The notes beneath the pieces were generated by a model. The model had not been told where the DNA came from. It made no database searches and saw only the letters and a program-made list of their open reading frames with translations. From Siccibacter colletis (GTDB taxonomy: Bacteria; Pseudomonadota; Gammaproteobacteria; Enterobacterales; Enterobacteriaceae): 64,000 nt of DNA. The position numbers were made by a program, and so were the translations under genes. Numbering within the stretch: position 1 is the first letter of the stretch; every line of letters starts with the position of its first letter. The stretch covers positions 1 to 64,000 of the forward strand of contig NZ_JMSQ01000007.1 of the NCBI RefSeq assembly GCF_000696575.1, read 5' to 3'. Shown here piece by piece: positions 46,943 to 57,456 of the stretch.

Positions 46943-47152
46943 ATGAATAAAGACGAAGTCGGCGGTAACTGGAAACAGTTCAAAGGTAAAGCGAAAGAAC
47001 AATGGGGTAAATTAACCGACGATGACATGACTGTCATTGAAGGTAAGCGCGATCAGCTGGTTGGTAAGATCCAGGAGCGCTACGGCAACAGCAAAGACGA
47101 GGCTGATAAGCAGGTTACTGACTGGGAAACCCGTCATAACTATCGCTGGTAA
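46943..47152 (+). CDS. yjbJ: CsbD-family stress protein YjbJ
   Basis: 69 aa, MNKDE.GGNWKQFKGK.KEQWGKLTDDDMT.IEGKRDQLVGKIQERYG…. Confidence 0.93.
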   Translation: MNKDEVGGNWKQFKGKAKEQWGKLTDDDMTVIEGKRDQLVGKIQERYGNSKDEADKQVTDWETRHNYRW

Positions 47153-47228
47153 CGCACGCTAACTCAATTGTGCTGACCCTCGGGGCCTACCCAGCCCAGG
47201 TACAAGGATGTACCACTTAACCCCTTCA

Positions 47229-47750
47229 TTACTTCCCGCGCTTTTTTCCCTGCACTGAATGGTCATGATCGCATGCACCCGGATGGCGGCAGGCTTCAAC
47301 TTCAACACAGCCAGAACACAACCCGTGTGCTTCAATCACATTGTGGCGCAAGGCAAAGCCCATCCGCGCCGCGACGGCCTGGAGAATATCTTCTACCCCA
47401 TCCGCACTCTGCTCTTTCACCTGCCCGCAGCGATCGCAAATGTACATCGCTGAGGTATGGGTCGGCTGATCGATCAGATGGCACAGCACATAGCTGTTGG
47501 TGGATTCCACCTTATGCACAAACCCCTGCTCAAGCAGAAAATCCAGCGCGCGATAAACGGTGGGCGGCTTGGCCTGCGGTTCGCTCTCGCGCAATAAATC
47601 CAGCAGATCGTAAGCGCTGATTGCCCCTTTTTGCAGCGTCATCAGACGCAACACTTCAAGGCGCTGTGGCGTCAGGCGCACATTACGCTGCAGACAGAGC
47701 TTTTCAGCCTGCGTTAACACGTTTTGAGATGTGGTCATATCCATCAGCAA
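47229..47750 (-). CDS. zur: zinc uptake regulator Zur
   Basis: …RNVRLTPQRLEVLRLM.LQ.GAISAYDLLDLLRE.EPQAKPPTVYRALDFLLEQGFVHKVESTNSYVLCH… matches E. coli Zur; the true start may be Met3 or Met5 (47744 or 47738). Confidence 0.93.
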   Translation of the reverse strand: MLMDMTTSQNVLTQAEKLCLQRNVRLTPQRLEVLRLMTLQKGAISAYDLLDLLRESEPQAKPPTVYRALDFLLEQGFVHKVESTNSYVLCHLIDQPTHTSAMYICDRCGQVKEQSADGVEDILQAVAARMGFALRHNVIEAHGLCSGCVEVEACRHPGACDHDHSVQGKKRGK

Positions 47751-47844
47751 CCTCCGGGAAAAGTAGGGTGTTACTTTATCACAAAGCTGATAAAACTCCG
47801 AGACAGCACTTCTGTTCGGTGCCGCTCAACCATTCGCGAGGTTA

Positions 47845-48336
47845 ATGATGAAACGTCCTGAATTTATCCGCCACTGGCGCGAACTTGAAGGGAAAGACGA
47901 TTCGGCCTATCCGGATAGCCCGGAGTTGTTCTCCATCGGCGCACCGCTGGCGCGAAGCCTCGGTCTCTCGCGGCTCGGGATCCATCACGAACGCCTGCCA
48001 CCGGGCCGCCGTACTTCTTATCCTCATGCCGAAAGTGCGGAAGAGGAGTTCGTGTTTGTGCTGGAAGGGTTTCCTGAAGCATGGATCAACGGCGAGTTAT
48101 GGCCGCTGGAGCCGGGCGACAGCATCGCTTTTCCTGCCGGAACAGGGATTTGCCATACCTTTATCAATAACACCGACAGCGAGGTTCGCCTGTTAGTTAT
48201 TGGCGAAGCCAATAAATCCAGCAACCGTATTTATTACCCGTTAAACCCCGACTATGCCGCCACGCGTCCCGATCGCTGGATTGACCCTCCCCACCAGATT
48301 TTTACATCTCATAACGGCAAACCTTCACGAAAATGA
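47845..48336 (+). CDS. cupin-domain protein (no E. coli K-12 counterpart at this position)
   Basis: 163 aa; cupin_2-like core …HAESAEEEFVFVLEGFPEAWINGELWPLEPGDSIAFPAGTGICHTFIN…. Confidence 0.75.
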   Translation: MMKRPEFIRHWRELEGKDDSAYPDSPELFSIGAPLARSLGLSRLGIHHERLPPGRRTSYPHAESAEEEFVFVLEGFPEAWINGELWPLEPGDSIAFPAGTGICHTFINNTDSEVRLLVIGEANKSSNRIYYPLNPDYAATRPDRWIDPPHQIFTSHNGKPSRK

Positions 48337-48497
48337 AACCCTCGTCTATATACATTGAGTAACATAAAAAAAGTACAGGGAAGTCGGGAACTTTTTGGGT
48401 CATACCCGTTTTGATTCGGTAACACAGCAATCACCAACCTCTGGCCGCTTGAAAAGGCGGGGGTATAAGTCTTCATCTGATAATAAGACGGTACACT

Positions 48498-49775
48498 GTG
48501 AAAAAAATAATCAAACCTTCGGTGATATCTATCGCACTTTCATTGGTACTTGCGCACCAGGCAAATGCAGCAAATAACTGGGCGGAAGCACGTAACGATG
48601 CGATGGGCGGAACGGGCGTTGCGTCAGCCCGCTATGGCAGTGGTGTGTTAATCAACCCGGCGTTACTGGCGAAAGCCAACCCCGAGGATGACATTACGGT
48701 GATCTTGCCTTCGGTTCAGGCGCAAATTACCGATCCGGATAATCTGCGTGATGAAATCGATGAGATTAACGATCGTATTGATTACTACGACGATATCGTT
48801 GACAGCCTGGGGCCAGAGGATCTGCTGAATATCGGCACCCGTTTCCGCCAGTTCCAGGGCGCAGCGGGCGAGCTGGCAGACAAGCTTGAATATCTTGATG
48901 GTAAATCGGCTCGCGCCAGCGCTGCGGCAGGCGTGGCGGTGAGCATTCCGAACGATGTCTTGTCAGTGGCATTTGTTACCAAAGCTTATGCCCACGCGCG
49001 CATCAGCTCGGACGTCGATCCGAACGACATCACCTATCTGCGTAATATCCAGAATAACGATCTATTCGCCGGGGGCGAGATCCTCGACGCGGTGATTAAC
49101 GGCGGAGATGCCATCACCGACAACCTGCGCTCGTCGGCATTTGGTCGTGCAGCTATCGTCACCGATTACGGCGTGGCGGTGGCGAAAAAGTTTGATATCG
49201 GCGGTGTGCCGGTCTCCCTGGGCGTGACGCCGAAACTGCAGCAAACCTGGCTGTATAACTATTCCGCGTCCATCTACAACTACGACAGCAGCGATCTGCG
49301 TAACAGCCGCTATCGTAAGGATGACACCGGCTTCAACGTTGACGCTGGTATCGCGGCCGATCTCAGTGAGAACTGGAGCGTCGGGTTAAGTGGGCAAAAC
49401 CTGATGTCGCGCGACCTCGACACTAAAGAGGTTAACGGCTTCAAGGATACCTATCAGATCCGTCCGCTGGTGACCGCCGGCGTTTCCTGGCAAAACGATC
49501 TGGTTACGCTCAGCGCCGATGGCGATCTGACGCCAACCAAACACTTCAAGAGTGAAGATGACTCACAGTACGTTGGCGTCGGTGGCGAAATTCGTCCGCT
49601 GAGCTGGCTGGCGCTGCGTGCCGGTTACCGGGCGGACGTCAAAGATAACGATGCTGACGTCGTCACCGCCGGTGTGGGCTTTGCACCATTCGAAAAAGTA
49701 CGTGTCGATCTCGCCGGGATGGTGGGTGAAGACGAAACCTGGGGGGCCGGGGCGCAGCTGAGCCTCACCTTCTGA
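48498..49775 (+). CDS. putative outer-membrane beta-barrel protein (TraF-like family)
   Basis: 425 aa; signal peptide MKKIIKPSVISIALSLVLAHQANA; alternating amphipathic strands; C-terminal …GAQLSLTF (terminal aromatic residue typical of outer-membrane proteins). Confidence 0.65.
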   Translation: MKKIIKPSVISIALSLVLAHQANAANNWAEARNDAMGGTGVASARYGSGVLINPALLAKANPEDDITVILPSVQAQITDPDNLRDEIDEINDRIDYYDDIVDSLGPEDLLNIGTRFRQFQGAAGELADKLEYLDGKSARASAAAGVAVSIPNDVLSVAFVTKAYAHARISSDVDPNDITYLRNIQNNDLFAGGEILDAVINGGDAITDNLRSSAFGRAAIVTDYGVAVAKKFDIGGVPVSLGVTPKLQQTWLYNYSASIYNYDSSDLRNSRYRKDDTGFNVDAGIAADLSENWSVGLSGQNLMSRDLDTKEVNGFKDTYQIRPLVTAGVSWQNDLVTLSADGDLTPTKHFKSEDDSQYVGVGGEIRPLSWLALRAGYRADVKDNDADVVTAGVGFAPFEKVRVDLAGMVGEDETWGAGAQLSLTF

Positions 49776-49782
49776 TGCGATG

Positions 49783-49812
49783 CCGGAGGCTCACGCCTCC
49801 GGTTCTTTTTTA
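49783..49812 (+). terminator. intrinsic terminator after the TraF-like gene
   Basis: ccggaggc-tcac-gcctccgg followed by ttcttttttat. Confidence 0.75.
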
Positions 49813-49863
49813 TGCTATAGTGCCGCCCCTGTTTTTGACCGGTAAACCGAACCTGTAGCCACT

Positions 49864-50862
49864 ATGTTGCCTGAAAACCCCGTTTCGACTTTTCCCGCAC
49901 ACCGCTTTTCCATCGCGCCGATGCTCGACTGGACCGATCGCCACTGCCGCTATTTCCTGCGTCTGCTGACGCAGCATACGCTGCTGTACACCGAAATGGT
50001 CACCACCGGGGCCATCATTCACGGCAAAGGGGATTACCTGGCGTACAGCGAAGAGGAACACCCGGTCGCACTGCAGCTTGGCGGCAGCGATCCGGCGCAG
50101 CTGGCGCACTGCGCAAAGCTGGCCGAAGCGCGTGGCTATGATGAGATCAACCTTAACGTCGGATGCCCTTCTGACCGTGTGCAGAATGGTCGTTTCGGTG
50201 CCTGCCTGATGGGCGATGCCCAGCTGGTGGCCGACTGCGTAAAAGCGATGCGTGATGTGGTGTCGATTCCGGTTACCGTTAAAACCCGTATCGGCATTGA
50301 TGAGCAGGACAGCTACGAATTTCTCTGTGACTTTATCGACACCGTCTCCGGGCGCGGCGAGTGTGAGATGTTTATCATCCACGCCCGCAAGGCTTGGCTC
50401 TCCGGCTTAAGCCCGAAAGAGAACCGCGAGATCCCGCCGCTGGACTACCCACGCGTCTGGCAGCTCAAGCGCGACTTCCCGCATCTGACGATGTCGATTA
50501 ACGGCGGTATTAAAACCCTGGCCGATGCGAAATCGCACCTTGAGCATCTCGATGGCGTAATGGTCGGGCGTGAGGCCTATCAGAACCCCGGTATTCTGGC
50601 GACGGTTGACCGTGAGATCTTCGGCGTGGCGGGCAGCGACCGCGACCCGTTCGACGTCGTACGCGCTATGTATCCCTATATCGAGCGTGAATTAAGCCAG
50701 GGAACTTACCTCGGGCACGTCACCCGTCATATGCTCGGCCTGTTCCAGGGCATTCCCGGCGCACGCCAGTGGCGTCGTTATCTCAGCGAGAACGCCCATA
50801 AGCCAGGGGCTGATATTCAGGTGCTGGAGAACGCGCTGCAGCAGGTTGCAGGTCGGCGTTAA
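49864..50862 (+). CDS. dusA: tRNA-dihydrouridine(20/20a) synthase
   Basis: 332 aa, …[21 protein letters not shown]…[39 protein letters not shown]… is collinear with E. coli DusA (which has a longer N-terminus). Confidence 0.95.
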   Translation: MLPENPVSTFPAHRFSIAPMLDWTDRHCRYFLRLLTQHTLLYTEMVTTGAIIHGKGDYLAYSEEEHPVALQLGGSDPAQLAHCAKLAEARGYDEINLNVGCPSDRVQNGRFGACLMGDAQLVADCVKAMRDVVSIPVTVKTRIGIDEQDSYEFLCDFIDTVSGRGECEMFIIHARKAWLSGLSPKENREIPPLDYPRVWQLKRDFPHLTMSINGGIKTLADAKSHLEHLDGVMVGREAYQNPGILATVDREIFGVAGSDRDPFDVVRAMYPYIERELSQGTYLGHVTRHMLGLFQGIPGARQWRRYLSENAHKPGADIQVLENALQQVAGRR

Positions 50863-50942
50863 TCACGCTAAAAGATAGTGAATTTGACCACGCCCTGTGC
50901 TTTTGCACGGGGCGTTTTGTTTGTTAATCAACACGTTATTTC

Positions 50943-50958
50943 TGGCACGGATCTTGTA
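50943..50958 (+). promoter_or_regulatory. candidate sigma54 promoter of pspG (TGGCACGGATCTTGTA)
   Basis: a -24 TGGCAC element and a -12 TTGTA (GC replaced by GT) element, 35 nt upstream of pspG; pspG is PspF/sigma54-dependent in E. coli. Confidence 0.5.
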
Positions 50959-50992
50959 ATAACCCCGTATCATTTTCAGGAGGACAAGAACC

Positions 50993-51235
50993 ATGCTGGA
51001 GCTACTGTTTGTGGTGGCGTTTTTTCTGGTGCTGCTGGGTACCGGCGTTTCGCTGTTCGGCATTCTGGCGGCGTTGATTCTGGCAAGCGTGGTGATGATG
51101 CTGGGCGGGCTGTTCGCGCTGTTTATTCAGATGCTGCCGTGGCTGCTGCTGGCGGTGATCGTGGTGTGGATCGTGCGAGCGATAAAAAGACCCGATTCAA
51201 CGCGTTATTACAAAAAGCGTCGCTGGCGTTACTGA
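50993..51235 (+). CDS. pspG: phage-shock protein G
   Basis: 80 aa, MLELLFV..FF…LPWLLLA..VVW…RWRY as in E. coli PspG. Confidence 0.9.
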   Translation: MLELLFVVAFFLVLLGTGVSLFGILAALILASVVMMLGGLFALFIQMLPWLLLAVIVVWIVRAIKRPDSTRYYKKRRWRY

Positions 51236-51379
51236 TTCCTGAGCGCTTGATCACATCTTTGTAACCTGGTGTGCAGTTTGGCGGGTGCAGAATAGGATTT
51301 ACGGCGGCAATCTGTCACTATGCACCGGCTGTAACGCAAATTCATCGTTCTGTACCCTACATACAGACGAACAAAAAGA

Positions 51380-51402
51380 AAAGGGCTTCCTTCGGGAAGC
51401 CC
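51380..51402 (-). terminator. qor terminator (also placed to act on pspG)
   Basis: gggcttcc-ttcg-ggaagccc; on the minus strand it is followed by ttttctttttg. Confidence 0.65.
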
Positions 51403-51409
51403 TGATTAT

Positions 51410-52393
51410 TTATGGGATCAGCAGGCTCGATCCCTGAGTGGCACGGCTCTCCAGCGTTTCGTGGGCGCGCTGCGCATCCGCGAGCGCAAAGCGCTGACTC
51501 TCCGGCACTTCAACTTTGATAACCCCACTGGCAATCAGCGAGAACAGTTCGGCGCTGGCTTCGTCCAGCTCCTCGCGGTTGGTAATGTAGCCCTGAAGCG
51601 AAGGGCGGGTGACGTAGAGCGAGCCTTTCTGATTGAGAATGCCGAGGTTCACGCCGGTGACCGCGCCGGAAGAGTTGCCGAAGCTCACCATCAGCCCGCG
51701 GCGCTGCAGGCAGTCGAGGGACGACTCCCAGGTATCTTCCCCTACCGAGTCATACACCACGCGCAGCTTTTTACCGCCGGTCAGTTCGCGTACCCGTTCG
51801 CCGACGTTCTCTTCCCGATAGTTGATGATCTCCCAGGCTCCGGCCTGCTTCGCCCGCTGCGCCTTCTCGGCGGAGCCGACGGTGCCGATAAGCTTCGCAC
51901 CCAGCGCTTTTGCCCACTGGCAGGCGATAAGCCCCACGCCCCCGGCGGCGGCATGGAACAGAAACGGCTCGTCCGGCTGGATCTCGTAGGTTTTACGCAG
52001 CAGATAAAACACCGTCAGCCCTTTCAGGAACGAGGCCGCCGCCTGTTCGAAGGAGATCGCGTCCGGCAGCAGCGCCGCTTTGTCAGCCGGCACGTTATGC
52101 ACCGAACTGTACGCGCCCAGCGCGGACTGCGCGTACACCACGCGGTCACCCGCTTTAAGGTGCTTTACGTCGCGACCGACCTTGCTGACAACACCAGCGG
52201 CTTCGGTGCCAAGACCCGCCGGCAGGGCCGGAGGAGGATAAAGCCCGCTGCGGATATAGGTATCGATATAGTTAATACCGATCGCTTTATTCTCTACCTG
52301 AATCTCATGGGCAGCGGGGTCGGCTGGGGTAAACTCCACGGCGTTAAGTACCTCAGGCCCACCATGCTTGTGAAATTCGATACGTGTTGCCAT
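51410..52393 (-). CDS. qor: NADPH:quinone oxidoreductase
   Basis: MATRIEFHKHGGPEVL… 327 aa, collinear with E. coli Qor; RBS aggag; the track ORF start at 52438 is an extension. Confidence 0.95.
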   Translation of the reverse strand: MATRIEFHKHGGPEVLNAVEFTPADPAAHEIQVENKAIGINYIDTYIRSGLYPPPALPAGLGTEAAGVVSKVGRDVKHLKAGDRVVYAQSALGAYSSVHNVPADKAALLPDAISFEQAAASFLKGLTVFYLLRKTYEIQPDEPFLFHAAAGGVGLIACQWAKALGAKLIGTVGSAEKAQRAKQAGAWEIINYREENVGERVRELTGGKKLRVVYDSVGEDTWESSLDCLQRRGLMVSFGNSSGAVTGVNLGILNQKGSLYVTRPSLQGYITNREELDEASAELFSLIASGVIKVEVPESQRFALADAQRAHETLESRATQGSSLLIP

Positions 52394-52532
52394 GTCTCCT
52401 CCGGTGTCATATCGTTGTGCGGCGGCGATACCCGTCACCCGGTCGCATCACGGCCAATGCCGCATGTAACCTGATTCAACAAGGGTATATAATGCCCCGT
52501 CTCCCTAATCTAACTCGGTAACTCCATTCACT

Positions 52533-53939
52533 ATGGCAGGAAATAAACCCTTCAACAAACCTTCTGAAACGCGCGATCCACAGGTCGCCGGGCTGAAAGT
52601 GCCGCCACACTCTATCGAGGCGGAGCAGTCGGTGTTGGGTGGGTTGATGCTGGACAACGAGCGCTGGGACGACGTCGCGGAGCGCGTAGTACCCAACGAT
52701 TTTTATACCCGTCCCCATCGTCATATTTTTACCGAAATGCAGCGCCTGCAGGAGATGGGTAAACCCATCGACCTGATTACGCTTTCGGAATCGCTGGAGC
52801 AGCAGGGCCAGCTTGAGGGCGTGGGCGGCTTTGCCTATCTGGCAGACCTGTCGCGCAACACGCCAAGTGCGGCGAACATCAGCGCTTACGCCGACATCGT
52901 GCGCGAACGTGCGGTGGTGCGCGATATGATCAGCGTCGCCAACGAAATTGCCGATGCCGGGTTTGACCCGCAAGGGCGTAACAGCGATGAGCTGCTCGAC
53001 CTGGCGGAATCGCGCGTGTTCCAGATTGCGGAAAACCGGGCCAATAAAGACGAAGGCCCGAAAAGCGTCGATCAGATTCTGGAAGCCACGGTTGCGCGTA
53101 TCGAGACCCTGTTCCAGCAGCCGCATGACGGCGTGACCGGCGTGGATACCGGCTATCAGGATCTCAACAAAAAGACCGCCGGCCTGCAGCGCTCGGATCT
53201 GATTATCGTGGCGGCGCGTCCGTCGATGGGTAAAACCACCTTCGCCATGAACCTGTGCGAAAACGCGGCAATGTTGCAGGACAAACCGGTGCTGATTTTC
53301 AGTCTGGAGATGCCCGCAGAGCAGATCATGATGCGTATGCTCGCCTCGCTTTCCCGCGTCGACCAGACCCGTATCCGTACCGGCCAGCTTGACGACGAAG
53401 ACTGGGCGCGTATCTCCGGCACCATGGGTATTCTGCTGGAGAAGCGCAATATGTACATTGATGACTCCTCCGGCCTGACCCCGACCGAAGTTCGCTCCCG
53501 CGCCCGCCGCATCTTCCGCGAGCACGGCGGTCTGAGCCTGATCATGGTCGACTACCTGCAGCTGATGCGCGTGCCGTCGCTTTCCGATAACCGTACGCTG
53601 GAGATCGCTGAGATCTCGCGCTCGCTTAAAGCACTGGCGAAAGAGCTGCAGGTGCCGGTGGTGGCGCTCTCGCAGCTTAACCGCTCACTGGAGCAGCGCG
53701 CCGACAAACGCCCGGTGAACTCGGACCTGCGTGAATCCGGCTCCATCGAGCAGGATGCCGACCTGATCATGTTTATCTACCGTGATGAGGTGTACCACGA
53801 GAACAGCGACATGAAAGGCATTGCTGAGATCATCCTCGGCAAGCAGCGTAACGGCCCAATCGGTACGGTGCGCCTGACGTTTAACGGGCAGTGGTCGCGG
53901 TTTGATAACTATGCTGGCCCGCAGTACGACGACGAATAA
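52533..53939 (+). CDS. dnaB: replicative DNA helicase
   Basis: 468 aa, collinear with E. coli DnaB (Walker A ARPSMGKTTFA). Confidence 0.97.
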   Translation: MAGNKPFNKPSETRDPQVAGLKVPPHSIEAEQSVLGGLMLDNERWDDVAERVVPNDFYTRPHRHIFTEMQRLQEMGKPIDLITLSESLEQQGQLEGVGGFAYLADLSRNTPSAANISAYADIVRERAVVRDMISVANEIADAGFDPQGRNSDELLDLAESRVFQIAENRANKDEGPKSVDQILEATVARIETLFQQPHDGVTGVDTGYQDLNKKTAGLQRSDLIIVAARPSMGKTTFAMNLCENAAMLQDKPVLIFSLEMPAEQIMMRMLASLSRVDQTRIRTGQLDDEDWARISGTMGILLEKRNMYIDDSSGLTPTEVRSRARRIFREHGGLSLIMVDYLQLMRVPSLSDNRTLEIAEISRSLKALAKELQVPVVALSQLNRSLEQRADKRPVNSDLRESGSIEQDADLIMFIYRDEVYHENSDMKGIAEIILGKQRNGPIGTVRLTFNGQWSRFDNYAGPQYDDE

Positions 53940-54108
53940 TTAATTTGGCTATTTTACTTGCGATTTTGGGCTTGGGCAGTGCTCGCCATCCTCACGTACT
54001 TCAGTACGCTCCGGTGGCTGTGCGCTGGCCGCGCCCAAACTCGCTGCGCCAATAACGCCAAATTATTGATTAAAAAAACCAGAGACTTAACAACAGCAAG
54101 GAAAGACA

Positions 54109-55188
54109 ATGCAAGCGGCAACCGTAGTCGTAAATCGCCGCGCTCTGCGACACAACCTGCAACGCCTGCGCGAACTGGCACCTGCCAGTCGGCTGGTGGC
54201 GGTGGTGAAAGCAAACGCCTATGGGCACGGTCTGCTGGAGACCGCCCGTTCACTTCCCGATGCCGATGCGTTCGGCGTGGCCCGTCTTGAAGAGGCGCTG
54301 CGCCTGCGCGAAGGCGGTATCACACAACCCATTCTGCTGCTGGAAGGCTTCTTTAACGCCGACGATCTGCCGATGATTTCCGCGCTGGGGCTGCATACGG
54401 CGGTGCACAGCGATGAGCAGCTGGTCGCGCTGGAACAGGCGAAGCTTGATAAGCCGGTCACGGTGTGGATGAAGCTGGATACCGGGATGCATCGCCTGGG
54501 CGTGCAGCCGGAAGAGGCAGAGGCGTTTTATCAGCGTCTGGTCCGCTGCCCGAACGTATGCCAGCCGGTAAACGTTGTCAGCCACTTCGCCCGCGCCGAT
54601 GAACCAGCGTGTGGCGCAACCGAGCGCCAGCTGGATATCTTTGCCACCTTTAGCGAAGGGAAGCCGGGGTTGCGCTCGATAGCGGCGTCTGCCGGCATTC
54701 TGCTGTGGCCGCAGTCGCATTTTGACTGGGTACGTCCGGGGATCATCCTCTATGGCGTCTCGCCGCTGGAAGGCGGGGCGCGCGCCGCCGATGCCGGGTT
54801 TATGCCGGCGATGTCGCTCACCTCCAGCCTGATTGCCGTGCGCTCCCACAAAGCGGGCGAGCCGGTAGGCTATGGCGGAACCTGGGTCAGCGCCCGCGAT
54901 ACCCGGCTCGGCGTGGTGGCAATGGGGTACGGCGACGGCTATCCGCGTTGTGCGCCCTCGGGCACGCCAGTCATCGTTAACGGTCGGGAAGTGCCGATTG
55001 TGGGGCGTGTGGCGATGGACATGATTTGTGTCGATCTTGGCCCTGAGGCGCAGGAGCGTGCCGGGGATGAAGTGCTGCTCTGGGGCGACGCGCTGCCGGT
55101 TGAGCGCATCGCGGAAATCACAAAAGTGAGTGCTTACGAACTTATTACGCGCCTGACTTCGCGGGTGGCGATGAAGTACGTGGAGTAA
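54109..55188 (+). CDS. alr: alanine racemase (biosynthetic)
   Basis: 359 aa, …[11 protein letters not shown]… PLP-binding Lys motif; synteny dnaB-alr-tyrB. Confidence 0.96.
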   Translation: MQAATVVVNRRALRHNLQRLRELAPASRLVAVVKANAYGHGLLETARSLPDADAFGVARLEEALRLREGGITQPILLLEGFFNADDLPMISALGLHTAVHSDEQLVALEQAKLDKPVTVWMKLDTGMHRLGVQPEEAEAFYQRLVRCPNVCQPVNVVSHFARADEPACGATERQLDIFATFSEGKPGLRSIAASAGILLWPQSHFDWVRPGIILYGVSPLEGGARAADAGFMPAMSLTSSLIAVRSHKAGEPVGYGGTWVSARDTRLGVVAMGYGDGYPRCAPSGTPVIVNGREVPIVGRVAMDMICVDLGPEAQERAGDEVLLWGDALPVERIAEITKVSAYELITRLTSRVAMKYVE

Positions 55189-55335
55189 TCCTGCTGTGTC
55201 TGGCGGGTCTCGCCCTGAGGCCCGCTGCAAACGCCGGTTCCGGCCACAGGCTAAACGCCTCAGTAACCTCTCGATCTCATCCTCTTTCCGGTTTATTGTG
55301 TCCGCTTACCCCACCGTAAAGCAGGAGAACCACGC

Positions 55336-56529
55336 GTGTTCCAGAATGTTGACGCCTACGCCGGCGACCCGATTCTTTCCCTGATGGAGCGTTTCAAAGA
55401 AGACCCCAGCCCGGACAAAGTCAACCTCAGCATCGGCCTCTACTACAACGAAGCGGGCATCATTCCGCAGCTCGATGCCGTAGCGCAGGCCGAAGCGCGT
55501 CTCAACGCTCAGCCGCACGGTGCGTCGCTCTATCTGCCGATGGAAGGCCTGGTCTCCTACCGTAACGCCATCGCGCCGCTGCTGTTCGGCGACGCTCACC
55601 CGGCGCTGCGCGACGGACGTATTGCCACTATTCAGACGCTCGGCGGCTCTGGCGCGCTGAAGGTGGGTGCCGATTTCCTGAAACGCTACTTCCCCGGTTC
55701 GCAGGTCTGGGTCAGCGATCCGACGTGGGAAAACCATGTCGCTATCTTTGCTGGTGCGGGCTTTGAGGTACACACCTACCCGTGGTTCGACGACGCCACC
55801 GGCGGCGTGCGCGTCGATGCGCTGCTGGAAACGCTGAATACCCTGCCGGCGCAGAGTATCGTGCTACTGCATCCGTGCTGCCATAACCCGACCGGTGCGG
55901 ATCTGACCAATGATGAGTGGGACCGCGTCACTGAAGTGCTGAAAGCGCGCGAGCTGATCCCGTTCCTCGATATCGCCTACCAGGGCTTTGGTGCAGGCAT
56001 GGAAGAGGACGCTTATGCTATTCGCGCCATCGCCCGCGCCGGATTGCCTGCGCTGGTCAGCAACTCGTTCTCAAAAATCTTCTCGCTCTACGGTGAGCGC
56101 GTCGGCGGTCTGTCCGTGGTGTGCGATGATGCGGATGCCGCCAGCCGCGTGCTGGGCCAGCTGAAAGCGACGGTGCGCCGCATCTACTCCAGCCCGCCGA
56201 ACTTTGGTGCGCAGGTGGTGGCTACCGTGCTGAACGATGCCACGCTGAAAGCCAGCTGGCTGGCGGAAGTGGAGGCCATGCGCCTGCGTATCCTGGCGAT
56301 GCGTGAAGAGCTGGTTAAGGTGCTGGAAACCGCCATGCCGGGCCGCGATTTTGGCTATCTGCTGCGCCAGCGCGGCATGTTCAGCTACACCGGCCTGAGT
56401 GCCGCTCAGGTCGAGCGGCTGCGCGAGGAGTTTGGGGTTTACCTGATCGCCAGCGGACGCATGTGCGTCGCCGGCCTCAACAGTCACAATGTGCATCGCG
56501 TCGCGCAGGCATTTGCTGCTGTGATGTAA
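55336..56529 (+). CDS. tyrB: aromatic-amino-acid aminotransferase
   Basis: 397 aa from a GTG start ([24 protein letters not shown]…), as in E. coli tyrB. Confidence 0.95.
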   Translation: MFQNVDAYAGDPILSLMERFKEDPSPDKVNLSIGLYYNEAGIIPQLDAVAQAEARLNAQPHGASLYLPMEGLVSYRNAIAPLLFGDAHPALRDGRIATIQTLGGSGALKVGADFLKRYFPGSQVWVSDPTWENHVAIFAGAGFEVHTYPWFDDATGGVRVDALLETLNTLPAQSIVLLHPCCHNPTGADLTNDEWDRVTEVLKARELIPFLDIAYQGFGAGMEEDAYAIRAIARAGLPALVSNSFSKIFSLYGERVGGLSVVCDDADAASRVLGQLKATVRRIYSSPPNFGAQVVATVLNDATLKASWLAEVEAMRLRILAMREELVKVLETAMPGRDFGYLLRQRGMFSYTGLSAAQVERLREEFGVYLIASGRMCVAGLNSHNVHRVAQAFAAVM

Positions 56530-56555
56530 GCACTTGCTTACTTCTGACACCAGAA

Positions 56556-56588
56556 GCGAGGCGGGAAACCGGCCTCGCTTTTTTATTG
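56556..56588 (+). terminator. tyrB intrinsic terminator
   Basis: gcgaggcggg-aaa-ccggcctcgc followed by ttttttattg. Confidence 0.75.
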
Positions 56589-56683
56589 TTGTTGCCGCTA
56601 TTTACATTAAATTACCGCGAAGATTTTGCCTTTTGGCGCGCAGCCTACACACTTAACGGGACATTCTTTCACAGGAGCGAATT

Positions 56684-57106
56684 ATGTGGGTTCAACAGAC
56701 CGTGACGCTGAATGCCAGGTCACGCGGTTTTCATCTGGTTACCGATGAGATCCTCGACCAGCTAGCGGATCTTTCACGCGTTAAAACGGGCCTGCTTCAC
56801 CTGCTGCTCCAGCATACTTCCGCTTCCCTTACGCTCAATGAAAACTGCGACCCGACGGTACGCCAGGATATGGAACGCCATTTCCTGAAAGCGGTGCCGG
56901 AGGATGCCCCGTACGAGCACGATTATGAAGGCCCGGACGATATGCCCGCGCACATCAAATCGTCGTTGCTGGGGGTATCGCTGATGCTGCCGGTAAGTCA
57001 CGGGCGGCTGCAGCTCGGCACCTGGCAGGGCATCTGGCTGGGGGAACACCGTATTCATGGCGGTGCGCGAAAAATTATCGCCACGCTACAAGGAGATGAA
57101 AAATGA
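56684..57106 (+). CDS. yjbQ: UPF0047/YjbQ family protein
   Basis: 140 aa, …[30 protein letters not shown]… YjbQ family. Confidence 0.9.
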   Translation: MWVQQTVTLNARSRGFHLVTDEILDQLADLSRVKTGLLHLLLQHTSASLTLNENCDPTVRQDMERHFLKAVPEDAPYEHDYEGPDDMPAHIKSSLLGVSLMLPVSHGRLQLGTWQGIWLGEHRIHGGARKIIATLQGDEK

Positions 57107-57456
57107 CCCATTCGGAGATCCTGCAATACTGCATGAATAAAGCGGGCGCCAGCCAGGATATACATAGCGGCCTCGATGCGACGCAGATAAAAGTGGCGGA
57201 TGTGCTGTTCGCGATGGTGCACGAGGCGGATGGTCGCCCGGTGGTATCGCTGAAAACCAGCCCGGCGCTGGCGGAACTGCTGCGCGACGAGCATGAGGAT
57301 GTTTTCCCCAGCGCGCAGCTGAATAAAGCGCACTGGAGCACGGTGCATCTGGACGGCGAGCTGCCGGATTCCCAGATTTATTTCCTGGTGGATGCCTCGT
57401 ACCAGCAGGTGATTGATACGCTACCGGACAGTGCCCGCCAGCAGTTAGGCAGTTAA
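57103..57456 (+). CDS. yjbR: MmcQ/YjbR family protein
   Basis: 117 aa; ATGA overlap with yjbQ; matches E. coli YjbR. Confidence 0.9.
   Translation: MTHSEILQYCMNKAGASQDIHSGLDATQIKVADVLFAMVHEADGRPVVSLKTSPALAELLRDEHEDVFPSAQLNKAHWSTVHLDGELPDSQIYFLVDASYQQVIDTLPDSARQQLGS

Noticed and set aside
49776-49863. Searched for integrase, att-site or IS remnants at the dusA 5' end and across the window
   Set aside because: Only a terminator hairpin was found. No transposase or integrase ORFs, and no IS inverted repeats, were detected by eye.
51461-53525. Long antisense ORFs over qor (51461-52474, plus strand) and dnaB (52476-53525, minus strand)
   Set aside because: Both sense genes are strongly conserved, and the antisense frames lack start contexts.
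54250-55230. 326-aa minus-strand ORF over alr
   Set aside because: It is antisense to alanine racemase and has Arg/His-rich junk composition.
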